Below are positions 8,521-17,717 of a DNA stretch of 59,679 bases, piece after piece. A program made the translations under genes and the position numbers. This stretch comes from Bacillales bacterium UBA3946. Its GTDB lineage: Bacteria; Bacillota_I; Bacilli_A; ML615J-28; CAG-698. Within the stretch, counting starts at the first letter, position 1; the number at the start of each line of letters is the position of its first letter. A model generated the notes under the pieces. It was not told the origin of the DNA. It searched no databases and saw nothing but the letters and a program-made list of their open reading frames with translations. The stretch is taken from assembly GCA_002385575.1 (NCBI GenBank), contig DGDS01000024.1, positions 14,315 through 73,993 of the forward strand. The letters are read 5' to 3'.

Positions 8521-10491
8521 GTGAACTGTCATTTTTCTCAACATTGCGAAAGAATGCTTGCGTCCGTCATGGGCGGAAAACAAAGATTTGGAATTGCTGG
8601 AAGCGAGGCGCTGCTTTTGGCGATCCTGCGCTCCGAAAATTCGGCGTGCCGGCACATCCTGAACGAATACGGGATTAACGAACGCTATCTCGAAGATGAG
8701 CTCGACCAACTGACGGTGCTCAGGAAACGTAACATTCCCGACGGAGGCACGGCGAAACTTGCCGAGATCATCAAAAACGCGGCCGCCCTCGCCATGAGTG
8801 AAGAGAGCCGGATGATATTTGAAGAACACCTTTTTTACGCGCTTTTGACAACGCCTTCCTCGCTGGCCATCGATATCCTCCAGAAGGCGGGCGCCGACAT
8901 CGAGGACCTGATCGAGGAGGTGAACAACATTTATAATTTCGCCCCGAGCGGAGAACTGAACAAGAATTACCTCGTCAACCTGACCAAGGAGGCGAAACTC
9001 GACCGCCTCAATCCCTTCATCGGCCGCGCCCACATCATTGACAAGATCATCCGCATCCTGTCGAAACGGCAGAAAAACAACCCGATGCTGATCGGCAGCG
9101 CCGGGGTCGGAAAAAGCGCCCTTGTGGAAGGAGTGGCGATGCGGTTTCTGGAGACGAACCCCGGCGTCAACATCTACCGCCTCGACCTCGGGATGATTAT
9201 TGCCGGCACGAAATACCGGGGCGATCTCGAGGAGCGGATGATCGAGGTGATGGAGAAGATCAAGAACCCGCACTCGATCGTCTTCATCGACGAGATACAC
9301 AACATCGTCGGTTCCGGTTCAAGCGAGGGCACGCTTGACATCGCCAATATCCTGAAGCCGATCCTCGCGCGTTCGGAGATCAAATGCATCGGGGCGACGA
9401 CCCTGGAAGAGTATTATCGCTATATCGAGAAAGACAAGGCACTCGCACGGCGCTTTCAGAACGTCTTCGTCGAGGAGGCTTCGCCCGAGGAAACTTACGC
9501 CATCATCAAGGGGATCGCCTATAAATACGAGGAATACCATCGCGTGAAGTACAGCGACCGGGTCCTCAGATACATCGTCACTTCATCCGGCTTTCTCTCC
9601 AACCGGAAGCTGCCGGATAAGGCGATCGACATTCTCGACGAGGCGGGGCTGCTGTGCCGGATGGGAAACCGCATGTATGTGGACCATGCCGACGTCGACA
9701 GGATCGTTTATGAAAACCTGGGGATCGATTATGATGAAATCAGCGGCGGAATAAACAGAATCAAAAACTATCATTTCCTAGAAAAATACTACCAGCAGTA
9801 TTTCATGAACCTCGGGTTAAGGAAGACGATCCTTAACGTGCAGACCGCGGAAGCGAATCTGGATTTGTTTCTTGAGGACTTACGGCAGGTTTTCCGGATC
9901 AAGGACGAGATGATCCTGACCCTCGATCTGGGAAAGTTTTCGGAAAGCCACTTCACTTCCTCGCTCATCGGTTCGCCCGCCGGTTACGTCGGCTACGAGG
10001 ATGGCGGAATCCTCACCGAACATGTGCTGAAATTCCCGCTTTCCGTCGTCATAGTTAAGAATTATGGGCTTGCTAATGCGGTCATCATCAAGCAGATCGA
10101 AACTATCCTCCGCGACGGGAAGATCGTCGATTCAAAGGGACGGACGATTTCCTTCCAAAACTGCTTCTTCGTCTTCATCGAGGAGGAAAAAACCAAGCCG
10201 ATCGGTTTCATCGCCTCCGAAAGGAAAAGCGCGAAGATCAACGCTTATATCGACGAGGAACTTCCCGAAATCACAAACTGCGGTTATTACCGGGAAAAGC
10301 TCGACGACATCCTTGCCCGGCTCCGGCAATACGGTTATCACATCTCCGTCGACATCAAGGCGATTGATTACCGCCTCTACCGGCAATTGCTCAAGGAACT
10401 GAGCGATTTCGATAATTTCCGTCCCCATCAACAATACACATATCGGATCAATAAAAAGCGCGAACTGGTGAAAACAGCGAAACGAAGCTGA
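8521..10491 (+). CDS. ClpA/ClpC-family AAA+ protein: Clp_N repeats plus intact D1 plus degenerate D2
   Basis: Two Clp_N-like repeats are present. D1 has Walker A GSAGVGKS, pore loop KYRGDLEER and Walker B IVFIDEIH. The D2 region keeps LIGSPAGYVGYEDGG but lacks a P-loop and a DE Walker B. An IGF tripeptide lies at 10201..10209. GTG start with GAGGTG upstream. Confidence 0.85.
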   Translation: MNCHFSQHCERMLASVMGGKQRFGIAGSEALLLAILRSENSACRHILNEYGINERYLEDELDQLTVLRKRNIPDGGTAKLAEIIKNAAALAMSEESRMIFEEHLFYALLTTPSSLAIDILQKAGADIEDLIEEVNNIYNFAPSGELNKNYLVNLTKEAKLDRLNPFIGRAHIIDKIIRILSKRQKNNPMLIGSAGVGKSALVEGVAMRFLETNPGVNIYRLDLGMIIAGTKYRGDLEERMIEVMEKIKNPHSIVFIDEIHNIVGSGSSEGTLDIANILKPILARSEIKCIGATTLEEYYRYIEKDKALARRFQNVFVEEASPEETYAIIKGIAYKYEEYHRVKYSDRVLRYIVTSSGFLSNRKLPDKAIDILDEAGLLCRMGNRMYVDHADVDRIVYENLGIDYDEISGGINRIKNYHFLEKYYQQYFMNLGLRKTILNVQTAEANLDLFLEDLRQVFRIKDEMILTLDLGKFSESHFTSSLIGSPAGYVGYEDGGILTEHVLKFPLSVVIVKNYGLANAVIIKQIETILRDGKIVDSKGRTISFQNCFFVFIEEEKTKPIGFIASERKSAKINAYIDEELPEITNCGYYREKLDDILARLRQYGYHISVDIKAIDYRLYRQLLKELSDFDNFRPHQQYTYRINKKRELVKTAKRS

Positions 10492-10509
10492 GGCTTCGTT
10501 TTTATTTTG
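10481..10509 (+). terminator. Intrinsic terminator after the clp-like gene
   Basis: ACGAAGC-TGAG-GCTTCGT followed by TTTTTATTTT. The stop codon sits in the loop. Confidence 0.7.
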
Positions 10510-10576
10510 AAAATAATGCCGGAAGGGCGATCATTTTTATTTTTTCTTAATTATTATATCAATTTATCGGTTATTT

Positions 10577-10585
10577 TGATATAAT
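10577..10585 (+). promoter_or_regulatory. Extended -10 promoter element TGATATAAT upstream of the helicase-like operon
   Basis: Exact TGnTATAAT in an AT-rich intergenic region, 65 nt upstream of ATG 10650. Confidence 0.45.
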
Positions 10586-10649
10586 ATAAAAAAAAGGCGA
10601 TAACGATATTAACTGCGCGTAATTTACCCATAATATATAAGGTGAGACG

Positions 10650-13600
10650 ATGATCAGCATTAGTCGAAAAAACGGGCATTTAACCGATATCTTCGCAGCC
10701 GACAGTTACCTGGAACTTGGCAACATCAATTACGACGTGTTGGTCCGGTTGCTTAACTATGAAATCGTCGATTACGAAGATATCACATATTTCCCGATCC
10801 AGAAACATGGCGTCGGCAGCAGCGAGATAAAGGATGACCTTTTACGGAAGAAGTTGCCGTTTTTGTTTTTTGCGAATATAAATCGTAAAAACCGCAATCT
10901 CCAGCTGTTCATCACCTACGGGTTGCTTACGCTTAAGAATAAACAGAACCGGGAAATTTTCAGTCCCGTCGTCTTGATCCCCGTGAACATGTATTTTGAC
11001 GGCGATAAGATCTTCTTCCAGCAGATCGCCAAACCGATCGAAAACCAGATCATGCTGAGTTATGTCAAAAAGACGAAGAACATAACTCTCGCGATTCCCG
11101 ACAAACTTGACAAGCTTTCCGATCTCGATAATTATTGTTTGTATTTACAGAAGGCAACGGAGTGCGACCTGCATCTGGAAAACTATCTCACCTACGCCGC
11201 GATTGTTCCCGACAAGGTAAAGATCAGGAATAACAAGTTCCAAAGATATACGGAGACGGGCGAATACTTGCATGACAAACTATTTGCCCCGGACGCGGAG
11301 GACGTTTATTACGCCGCCCCGCTGAACCGCGAGCAGCGTCATGCGGTCCACAGCGCCAACAGCGGCGCGAGCATCGTCATCTCCGGCCGTCACGGCACCG
11401 GTAAAACCACGACGCTGATCAGCATCGCCATGAACGCGATCAGGCAGAAGAAGCGCGTCCTCTATGTCTCCAACATGGAGGAAACGCTGGAACAGGTATA
11501 TCAGTTTTTCGAAAAGAACAACCTCCATCAGCACGCGGCGCGGCTTTACCAGTCGTTTGCGGGGCTATACCAGAAGGAAAACGCCACGCCCCTGGCCGAG
11601 CCGGCGGAATCTGATGACTTTTCGCTCCTTTACGAAAACTACGAATTCATCGACCGCTACCAGAAGGCAATCAATAACCGCATTCTCGATTACCGCTTTA
11701 TCGAGGTCGCGAACGAGTTACTCATGCTGTCCCTGCACGAAGCGAAGATCATTCCGATCGACGATCTATCAAACATTTACAAATACGAGTTTCTCGAAGT
11801 CGTGAAGGCGCTGGAGATCATCCAGGCAAACCTCGAAAACATCAGCAGTTTCAAGGAAAGCATCTGGAAAGACATCCCCATTTTCAATAACATCAAGTAT
11901 CCCAACCAGATCATCGCCTTGATTTACCAGGTCGAGCAGTGTTTTAAAATCCTCGAATCCGAGAAAATAATCCTGGAAAACGAGCACGGTTTTCGGGAAA
12001 TCAGCAACTACGCCTATCTGAAAAACGCCATCCAGAAATACATCAACTTCGATCCAAACGAGATTCCCCAGTCGTGGCTGGATCCGGAAAAGTTCGAGGA
12101 TGCCAAGGACAAGTACCGGCTCTTGAAAAACGACATCTACCAGCTGCAGGAAGAAGAGTACCTGCTTAACGTCCGTTACAACAAACTTGAAACGATCGAC
12201 ATCGACGCGGAAATCAGGGCGCTCCTGGGCGGTTATTTTACTTTCGAGGATGCGGACGCGATTGACAGGATCCTGGCGGACCGCGATGAGCTGGAAGGAA
12301 AGCTCAGCCGCGCCGCCCTGCAGTCCGATATTTACAAAAAATCGATCACCAAGATCAAATACCTGCTTAACTGGCAGTTCACTATTGACAACAACATCCT
12401 CGACGAGATAACACGGCTTGAGGAAGTTGTTAAGGAAATCGAGTTCAACCGGACGATCGTCAACATCATTATCAAGGAGCGTTTTCCCGCGGTCTTCAAC
12501 CAGGCGCTCGACATTGCGAAGAACATCGAGTCGGCGCAGGAGGAAATCGCCGGACTGGTGCGAGTGTTCGCGAAGAAGGATATTTCCGGATTGGAAGCGA
12601 CCGTCGAGGCCCTCGAAAATTTCAACAACGGCCAACCGGTGAAACGCGGCGAGTACCGGCTGTTTTCCGGGTTGAAGGAAAATAACTACAAGGAATACGT
12701 CCGGATCACCAAACTGGCCCGTCGGTTCCGGGAATTGCGCGCCGGGATCAAGACGCTGGAAAATCACTTCCTCGCGCTCACCGGATACGAATACGACGCC
12801 GAAGCGTTGTATCAGATGAATTACCTGTACTTATATTTCGCAAGCATCAAAAACCCGATGATCAAGAGCAAGCTGGCGAAGTTTCTGATCCGCGTCACCG
12901 AGGGCAGCGTCCATAAGAACTTCCGCCGCACCCTGGCGTTGTTCTCGCAGGCCTATCTGAGTTTGAACGAGTACTACGGGACGCTTTCCGAATACGGGCT
13001 GGCAACCGGCACGGAGGAATTCGCGGCGCGGGTCGAGGAGATCAACAAGGCGAACGATTACCTGCTCCGGCTTTTCGCTTCCAACGACCGGCTTTTGGCC
13101 ATGTGCCGGACCAACAAGTACAAATACGCGGCGGCGGAGGAGTACTTCCGGATCAAGAATTCCCTGACGTTCGTCGCCGAAAAACGTCGGGCGCTGCGCG
13201 GCCACCGGCTTTACCGCCAGCTCTTCGGGAAACACTACCGCGAAAGCCAGACGAACATCAACAACCTGGCGCGATTGATGCAGAATTACAAATTGTATAC
13301 GGAATGCTTCGTCGATAACGACGCCACGGTAAGAAGCCTGGCGCCGGAAATCCATGCGGAAATCCGGAAACACCTTGCGATCTGCCAGGAGGAGACGGAG
13401 CGGCTGAACGAGATCTTTAAATTATACTTCAAGATCTTCCGCGACGGCGTTTCCCGGTATTATTACGAACCCTTCCGGAGCAACCTCGATTACCTGAAAA
13501 AACTGTCCGAGGCCAAGGACGAGTTGATCACTTACCTGACGATCACCGACAATTTCGCGATCCTGAACAAATACCGGCTTTCAAGATTGATCAACTACAT

Positions 13601-14915
13601 CATCAACGAGCCGCACCAGAACCGCTTCGTGAATGATTTTAAATACACGTATTTTTCGATGCTGCGGGAAATGCATCTGCGGGAGGCGCCTTATCTGAAG
13701 GAGTACCTCGATCTTCCGCAGCGGCTTTCGACCGTTTGCGCGGAAGAGGAACGCCGGATCGCCCATATCCAGACCGACACGGCGCAGCGCATTCGCAAAG
13801 CGAGCGGTACGCGCTTTTACGTTTACGGCGTGAAGAACCTTGATTACAACGGCTTCATCAGAAGGACGGAAGGGATAAAACACCTGTTTCTTTCGACGTC
13901 GCTTACGGTCAACCTGTTCGTGAACGTGAAGCTCTTCGACCTCGTCATCATCGACGACGCCCATCTGCTGAACGCCGAGGAATACAAGGATGCGCTCGAC
14001 GGCTACCAGCTCGTCATCGCCGGCGAGCAACAATTACAAAGCGCCGTCACCAACAACCTCCTCGCCCGCATCCATCCGAGCCGGATGATCCAGTTCTCCT
14101 ACCGGTTCACGCCGACGCCGATGAACGTCCTTGCGCATCTTCCGGGCTTGCGCGGACAGTTTTACAACAACTTTTACGAAAACTTCGGAATCGACGTCAA
14201 GCACGACAGCCTCACCGAACTCGTGTACCAACTGCTGAAGGAAAATCCGGGTTGCGTCCTCAACGTCTTCATCTCGTCGCCCGCCGCGCAAAGGAAGTTT
14301 TACGAGGAACTGGCAGCCTGTCTGCTGGAGATGGGATACGATGCGGAAACGATCATTACCCTGCTGACGCGGAACATCAATATTTCCTGCCTGTCGCTGG
14401 CGTACGTGTATGACGCCGATTATAACATCCTCTGCCTGGAGGATTATTACGACATCGACCAGGAATACCTGGTCTACGACATGATCGACAACATGCTTCT
14501 GTGCCGGAAACAGGTCATCATCTATGACGAGTACGACCGGTTGGGGCAGGGGCACGATTCGCTCTTTATGCGCAAACTACGGTCGGTCATTGATAACAAG
14601 ATCACCTTTAAGAAGGACTTCTCATCGCCGCTCGTCCAGCAGATCGCATCTAAACTCGAACGACAGAAATACATCGTCTACAGTTCCAACGAATTGACGC
14701 TGCTGGTGCGGGATAAGAACAAACTGTACGGGGTTTTGTTATTCTGGGATATCGATAAATCCAATTTTGATATAATCAACGACTATCGGGATATCTACGT
14801 CCTGAACAACAAGAACAATTTCAAGACGATTATCGTGTGGGCGATGGAATCCTCGGTCGATGATATTGTGAAAAAGATCGTTGAGGAGATTGACGATGGC
14901 GAAACGCGGAACTAA
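10650..14915 (+). CDS. Giant DUF4011-type SF1 (Upf1/DNA2-like, AAA_11/AAA_12) helicase-family protein with degenerate catalytic motifs
   Basis: The N-terminal region LQLFITYGLLTL..REIFSPVVLIPV fits the DUF4011 pattern. Walker A is GRHGTGKTTT (aa 246-255). An ~820-aa helical insertion follows. The Walker B-like motif is LFDLVIIDDAHL (aa 1095-1106). Motif III is GEQQL instead of GDxxQLPP. The FSYRF motif is present. The C-terminal ~80 aa resemble an MTES/Vsr-like nuclease fold without its acidic residues. RBS AAGGTGAG. Confidence 0.8.
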   Translation: MISISRKNGHLTDIFAADSYLELGNINYDVLVRLLNYEIVDYEDITYFPIQKHGVGSSEIKDDLLRKKLPFLFFANINRKNRNLQLFITYGLLTLKNKQNREIFSPVVLIPVNMYFDGDKIFFQQIAKPIENQIMLSYVKKTKNITLAIPDKLDKLSDLDNYCLYLQKATECDLHLENYLTYAAIVPDKVKIRNNKFQRYTETGEYLHDKLFAPDAEDVYYAAPLNREQRHAVHSANSGASIVISGRHGTGKTTTLISIAMNAIRQKKRVLYVSNMEETLEQVYQFFEKNNLHQHAARLYQSFAGLYQKENATPLAEPAESDDFSLLYENYEFIDRYQKAINNRILDYRFIEVANELLMLSLHEAKIIPIDDLSNIYKYEFLEVVKALEIIQANLENISSFKESIWKDIPIFNNIKYPNQIIALIYQVEQCFKILESEKIILENEHGFREISNYAYLKNAIQKYINFDPNEIPQSWLDPEKFEDAKDKYRLLKNDIYQLQEEEYLLNVRYNKLETIDIDAEIRALLGGYFTFEDADAIDRILADRDELEGKLSRAALQSDIYKKSITKIKYLLNWQFTIDNNILDEITRLEEVVKEIEFNRTIVNIIIKERFPAVFNQALDIAKNIESAQEEIAGLVRVFAKKDISGLEATVEALENFNNGQPVKRGEYRLFSGLKENNYKEYVRITKLARRFRELRAGIKTLENHFLALTGYEYDAEALYQMNYLYLYFASIKNPMIKSKLAKFLIRVTEGSVHKNFRRTLALFSQAYLSLNEYYGTLSEYGLATGTEEFAARVEEINKANDYLLRLFASNDRLLAMCRTNKYKYAAAEEYFRIKNSLTFVAEKRRALRGHRLYRQLFGKHYRESQTNINNLARLMQNYKLYTECFVDNDATVRSLAPEIHAEIRKHLAICQEETERLNEIFKLYFKIFRDGVSRYYYEPFRSNLDYLKKLSEAKDELITYLTITDNFAILNKYRLSRLINYIINEPHQNRFVNDFKYTYFSMLREMHLREAPYLKEYLDLPQRLSTVCAEEERRIAHIQTDTAQRIRKASGTRFYVYGVKNLDYNGFIRRTEGIKHLFLSTSLTVNLFVNVKLFDLVIIDDAHLLNAEEYKDALDGYQLVIAGEQQLQSAVTNNLLARIHPSRMIQFSYRFTPTPMNVLAHLPGLRGQFYNNFYENFGIDVKHDSLTELVYQLLKENPGCVLNVFISSPAAQRKFYEELAACLLEMGYDAETIITLLTRNINISCLSLAYVYDADYNILCLEDYYDIDQEYLVYDMIDNMLLCRKQVIIYDEYDRLGQGHDSLFMRKLRSVIDNKITFKKDFSSPLVQQIASKLERQKYIVYSSNELTLLVRDKNKLYGVLLFWDIDKSNFDIINDYRDIYVLNNKNNFKTIIVWAMESSVDDIVKKIVEEIDDGETRN

Positions 14916-15474
14916 AAAACGATTTTTGGAATTCGTCAAATGCGTGAAACAGGATCCGCACCGCTATTTTTACATCAAAAGCACGTTGATAAAACTCAAG
15001 GAGTCCGAGGTTGATATCAACACCCAGGTCTCCGGCGGCGCGACGCTGTTGCATGTGGCGATGAAGCTAAACAACCTGAAACTGTTCAACCTCTTCATCA
15101 AGTCCGGGGTCAACATCAACCTGGCTAACGAGGCGGGAGAAACGCCGTTGCATCGCGCCGTCATCGAGAACAAGACGGGGTTCATCAAAAGCCTTGTGAA
15201 CAACGGTTGCGATCTCAACCTCGGCGGCGAATTGGAACAGACGCCGCTCCATCTCGCCGTGATCAACGGCAATCTCGACATCGTCAAATACCTGGTCGAT
15301 CACGGGGCGGAAATCATGGTGATCGACGAGCTCAACAACCTTCCGATCGATTATGCGATCGACGAAAAAGACGTTAAGATCATCAAGTATTTCCTGACGA
15401 AACAGGATGTCGACGACACAAGAATGGAAAAAATCAAAATAATATTAGAGGAAGCAGGTGAGCAACTTGTTTGA
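14896..15474 (+). CDS. Ankyrin-repeat protein
   Basis: 3-4 ANK repeats (GATLLHVAMK..., GETPLHRAVIENKTGFIKSLVNNGCDLN, EQTPLHLAVINGNLDIVKYLVDHGAE). ATG 14896 has GAGGAG 7 nt upstream. It overlaps the preceding ORF by 20 nt. Confidence 0.85.
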   Translation: MAKRGTKKRFLEFVKCVKQDPHRYFYIKSTLIKLKESEVDINTQVSGGATLLHVAMKLNNLKLFNLFIKSGVNINLANEAGETPLHRAVIENKTGFIKSLVNNGCDLNLGGELEQTPLHLAVINGNLDIVKYLVDHGAEIMVIDELNNLPIDYAIDEKDVKIIKYFLTKQDVDDTRMEKIKIILEEAGEQLV

Positions 15475-16273
15475 TTTCAGCCGATTAATCGAAAATTTAC
15501 GGGAGTACACGAAGGACTTTTCTGCCTGGGGCATCATCCGCCTGATCCTGGACTTACTGCTGGTAATAGCGTTCTTCTACATGATGTACCGGATCCTGCG
15601 TACCCGGGCCCAGGGCTACCGGGTATTCCTTCTGATCTTCATCATCGTCGCGATTTACCTATTAAGTTTTCTTTTCGAGCTTTCGATCTTCCTGAAGCTG
15701 CTCGAATATGTCTTCTTCTGGGGCTTGGGGATCTTCATCATCGTTTACAACCAGGAAATCCGGCACGCCCTCGATTTGTTCTTCATCCCCCCGAAAACCA
15801 ATTCGACGTTCTCTTCCCGGGAAGAGAAGATGGCAATCATCAACATCCTGCTGAACACGGTCGATTTCCTGTCAAGGCGGAAGATCGGGGCTTTGATCAC
15901 GATCGAGCGCGAAGACAACCTCAACATCTATATCGAGAAGGCGATCATCCTCAAGGCGGTCGTCTCCCAGGAATTGCTTACGACGATCTTCGCTCCGGGT
16001 ACGGCCTGCCATGACGGCGCGGTCATCATCAGGAAAAACATCATCATGTGCGCCGGCGCATATTTCCCGTCGACCGACAAGTACGACGTCCCCAAGTTCC
16101 TCGGCACCCGGCATCGCGCTGCGATCGGTATATCCGAGCGGACCGACGCCCTGACGATCGTCGTTTCTGAAGAAACGGGCAACGTCTCGGTGGCGATCGA
16201 TGGTCTGATCAATTTGAAGTTATCGCGCGAAGCGCTTGAGGAAATTCTTGACCGACATTTGAATAGCAAATAA
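15458..16273 (+). CDS. cdaA: Membrane-bound diadenylate cyclase (c-di-AMP synthase)
   Basis: 3 N-terminal TM helices plus a DAC (DisA_N) domain: ALITIERED, HDGAVII and GTRHRAAIGISE..DA..IVVSEETG motifs. The GTG start overlaps the ankyrin ORF by 17 nt. Confidence 0.92.
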   Translation: MSNLFDFSRLIENLREYTKDFSAWGIIRLILDLLLVIAFFYMMYRILRTRAQGYRVFLLIFIIVAIYLLSFLFELSIFLKLLEYVFFWGLGIFIIVYNQEIRHALDLFFIPPKTNSTFSSREEKMAIINILLNTVDFLSRRKIGALITIEREDNLNIYIEKAIILKAVVSQELLTTIFAPGTACHDGAVIIRKNIIMCAGAYFPSTDKYDVPKFLGTRHRAAIGISERTDALTIVVSEETGNVSVAIDGLINLKLSREALEEILDRHLNSK

Positions 16274-16279
16274 AACAGC

Positions 16280-16304
16280 GGCGCGGTTTTTTCGCGCCCT
16301 TTTA
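16280..16304 (+). terminator. Intrinsic terminator after cdaA
   Basis: GGCGCG-GTTTTTT-CGCGCC followed by CTTTTAT, 7 nt after the TAA stop. Confidence 0.55.
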
Positions 16305-16340
16305 TAATTATAAACTATCATGTAAACAGTTATGAAATAA

Positions 16341-16385
16341 AAAACCAAGTTATATCAGAAAACATGGATATAACTTGTTTTTTTT
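16341..16385. terminator. Strong bidirectional intrinsic terminator
   Basis: 11-bp stem CAAGTTATATC / GATATAACTTG with a 10-nt loop. It is flanked by an A-run upstream and T8 downstream, so it works in both orientations (cdaA operon and the convergent pseudogene). Confidence 0.8.
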
Positions 16386-16440
16386 ATAGTTTAAAACGGT
16401 TCAGGAAAATCCTTTTGATGCGTAATAATGTTGAGTTTGT

Positions 16441-17453
16441 TTATTCTTCTATCACATTGAAATAAGTGCGAAAGAATATATCTGCGCTATTCCAAATAAT
16501 CGGCACGGCAATACCATTGCCATATGTCAGGCCTTGATTTTTCGGGCAAGATAAATAATCAGTATAGATTACCGCATCATAATAACCAATTAAAAGAGAA
16601 CTAATCAAACTTGTTTTAACAGTGTACGGAATAAAAACCGCCTTTAAATTCAGACAATTATCAATGATTGAATCATGTGGTATTGCAATAACTTCTAAAG
16701 ACGGCATCGAACGGAAGCCATTAACGTCTTTAAAGCGCTGCCGCTTTCAAAAGAAATTGATTTCAAGTATTGGACGTTAACAAATGCCTGAGTACCGATG
16801 CTTTCTACTTCCTTGGGAATAATTATGCTTTCGTTTTTATTCCCACGCGGATATAGTATTAGCGTCTTCATATCTTTGCTATATAAAACCCCGTTTTCAT
16901 CCGTAAGTGCCTTCGACTATCCAATTGACAGTATATTTCTTTGCTTCAGCAATAAATTGGGCAATATATACTTGATCGCCGCTTACCGGTGTGATTTCCG
17001 GAGACCAAGCACTAAAAACGTATGAATATTCATCGGTATCTTCTTTAGTTGGTGTTGGTTCATCATATGTTGGCGTCGATCCCCATTCAACTTCAGTATC
17101 AACTTCCAATATTTCGCCATTATCGTTTTTCCATGTAATCGTATAGCGATTAATTTCCCATTTAGCGTACAGTGTATAGTCTTTATCAATTGTTATAGGC
17201 CAATCTACTTTCCGGGTAAGATCTTCATCGTAGTACCAATCCATGAACGTATATCCGTCAAGTTCTGGTTCGGATGGCTCGGATACCGTTGAATTTAAAC
17301 GTTCCGTAATCGTGTCGACGTTCGATCCGGGAAATGTTTCAAATCTGATAGTTCGATATTCTTCTGTTTGTGATGTCCAGTCACAACTTGTAAGAATGGC
17401 TAAAAGAACATGATAATAAAAAATGTGTGAAAAGACGTCTTTTTCTTAAGCAT
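16441..17453 (-). pseudogene. Decayed surface lipoprotein gene (Listeria-Bacteroides repeat plus BspA-type LRR) with at least 3 frame breaks
   Basis: ATG 17453 has a GGAGAA RBS. The signal peptide MLKKKTSFHTFFIIMFF hits TAG, while the lipobox LAILTSC continues in another frame. The 115-aa ORF carries YTITW..GSTPTYDEPTP..YVFSAWSP (Flg_new-type repeat). Frame-shifted pieces read DENGVLYSKDMKTLILYPRGNKNESIIIPKEVESIGTQAF and NGFRSMPSLEVIAIP (BspA-LRR). Confidence 0.8.
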
Positions 17454-17717
17454 ACCCTTATTCTCCTATCTGTTATTGCTTCATTTTGCGTTTTTTTATC
17501 ATAACATTATATAAACCAACACGTTTCCTGGAAAAAACCACTGTTATTATATTATAATTATTGTAAAAATCTTCAGGAATAAATGAAAAGGTGTCTGCGT
17601 TGGACTAACGCCATCGGAATGATTCCGCTTTATTGCCGGACCCCTGTTGATACGAAGAAATGCCTGATTTACCGGGACAAGATTAATTTTCTGGGGCCGT
17701 GAAAAACAAAAATCCGC

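Noticed and set aside
11769-12767. 332-aa ORF antisense to the helicase-like gene. Similar shadow ORFs occur elsewhere, for example at 18969..19967, 41338..42108, 42920..43669, 43934..44644, 46657..47310, 48606..49322, 56402..57079, 29078..29767 and 8503..9300.
   Set aside because: The ones I checked (11769..12767 and 18969..19967) lie in codon register opposite confidently assigned sense genes; the others also lie opposite confidently assigned sense genes and I read them the same way without checking their frames. They lack RBS and start context and have the same repetitive composition. They are explained by avoidance of TTA/CTA/TCA in the sense genes.
10650-15474. Helicase-like plus ankyrin pair as an anti-phage defence system (Mokosh/Hachiman-like idea)
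   Set aside because: There is no PLD, HNH, TIR or other effector domain. The helicase motifs are degenerate. Composition is host-like. There are no mobile-element or defence-island neighbours. The pair is translationally fused to the essential-type gene cdaA. The defence reading is therefore unsupported by what I can see, although it is not formally excluded.
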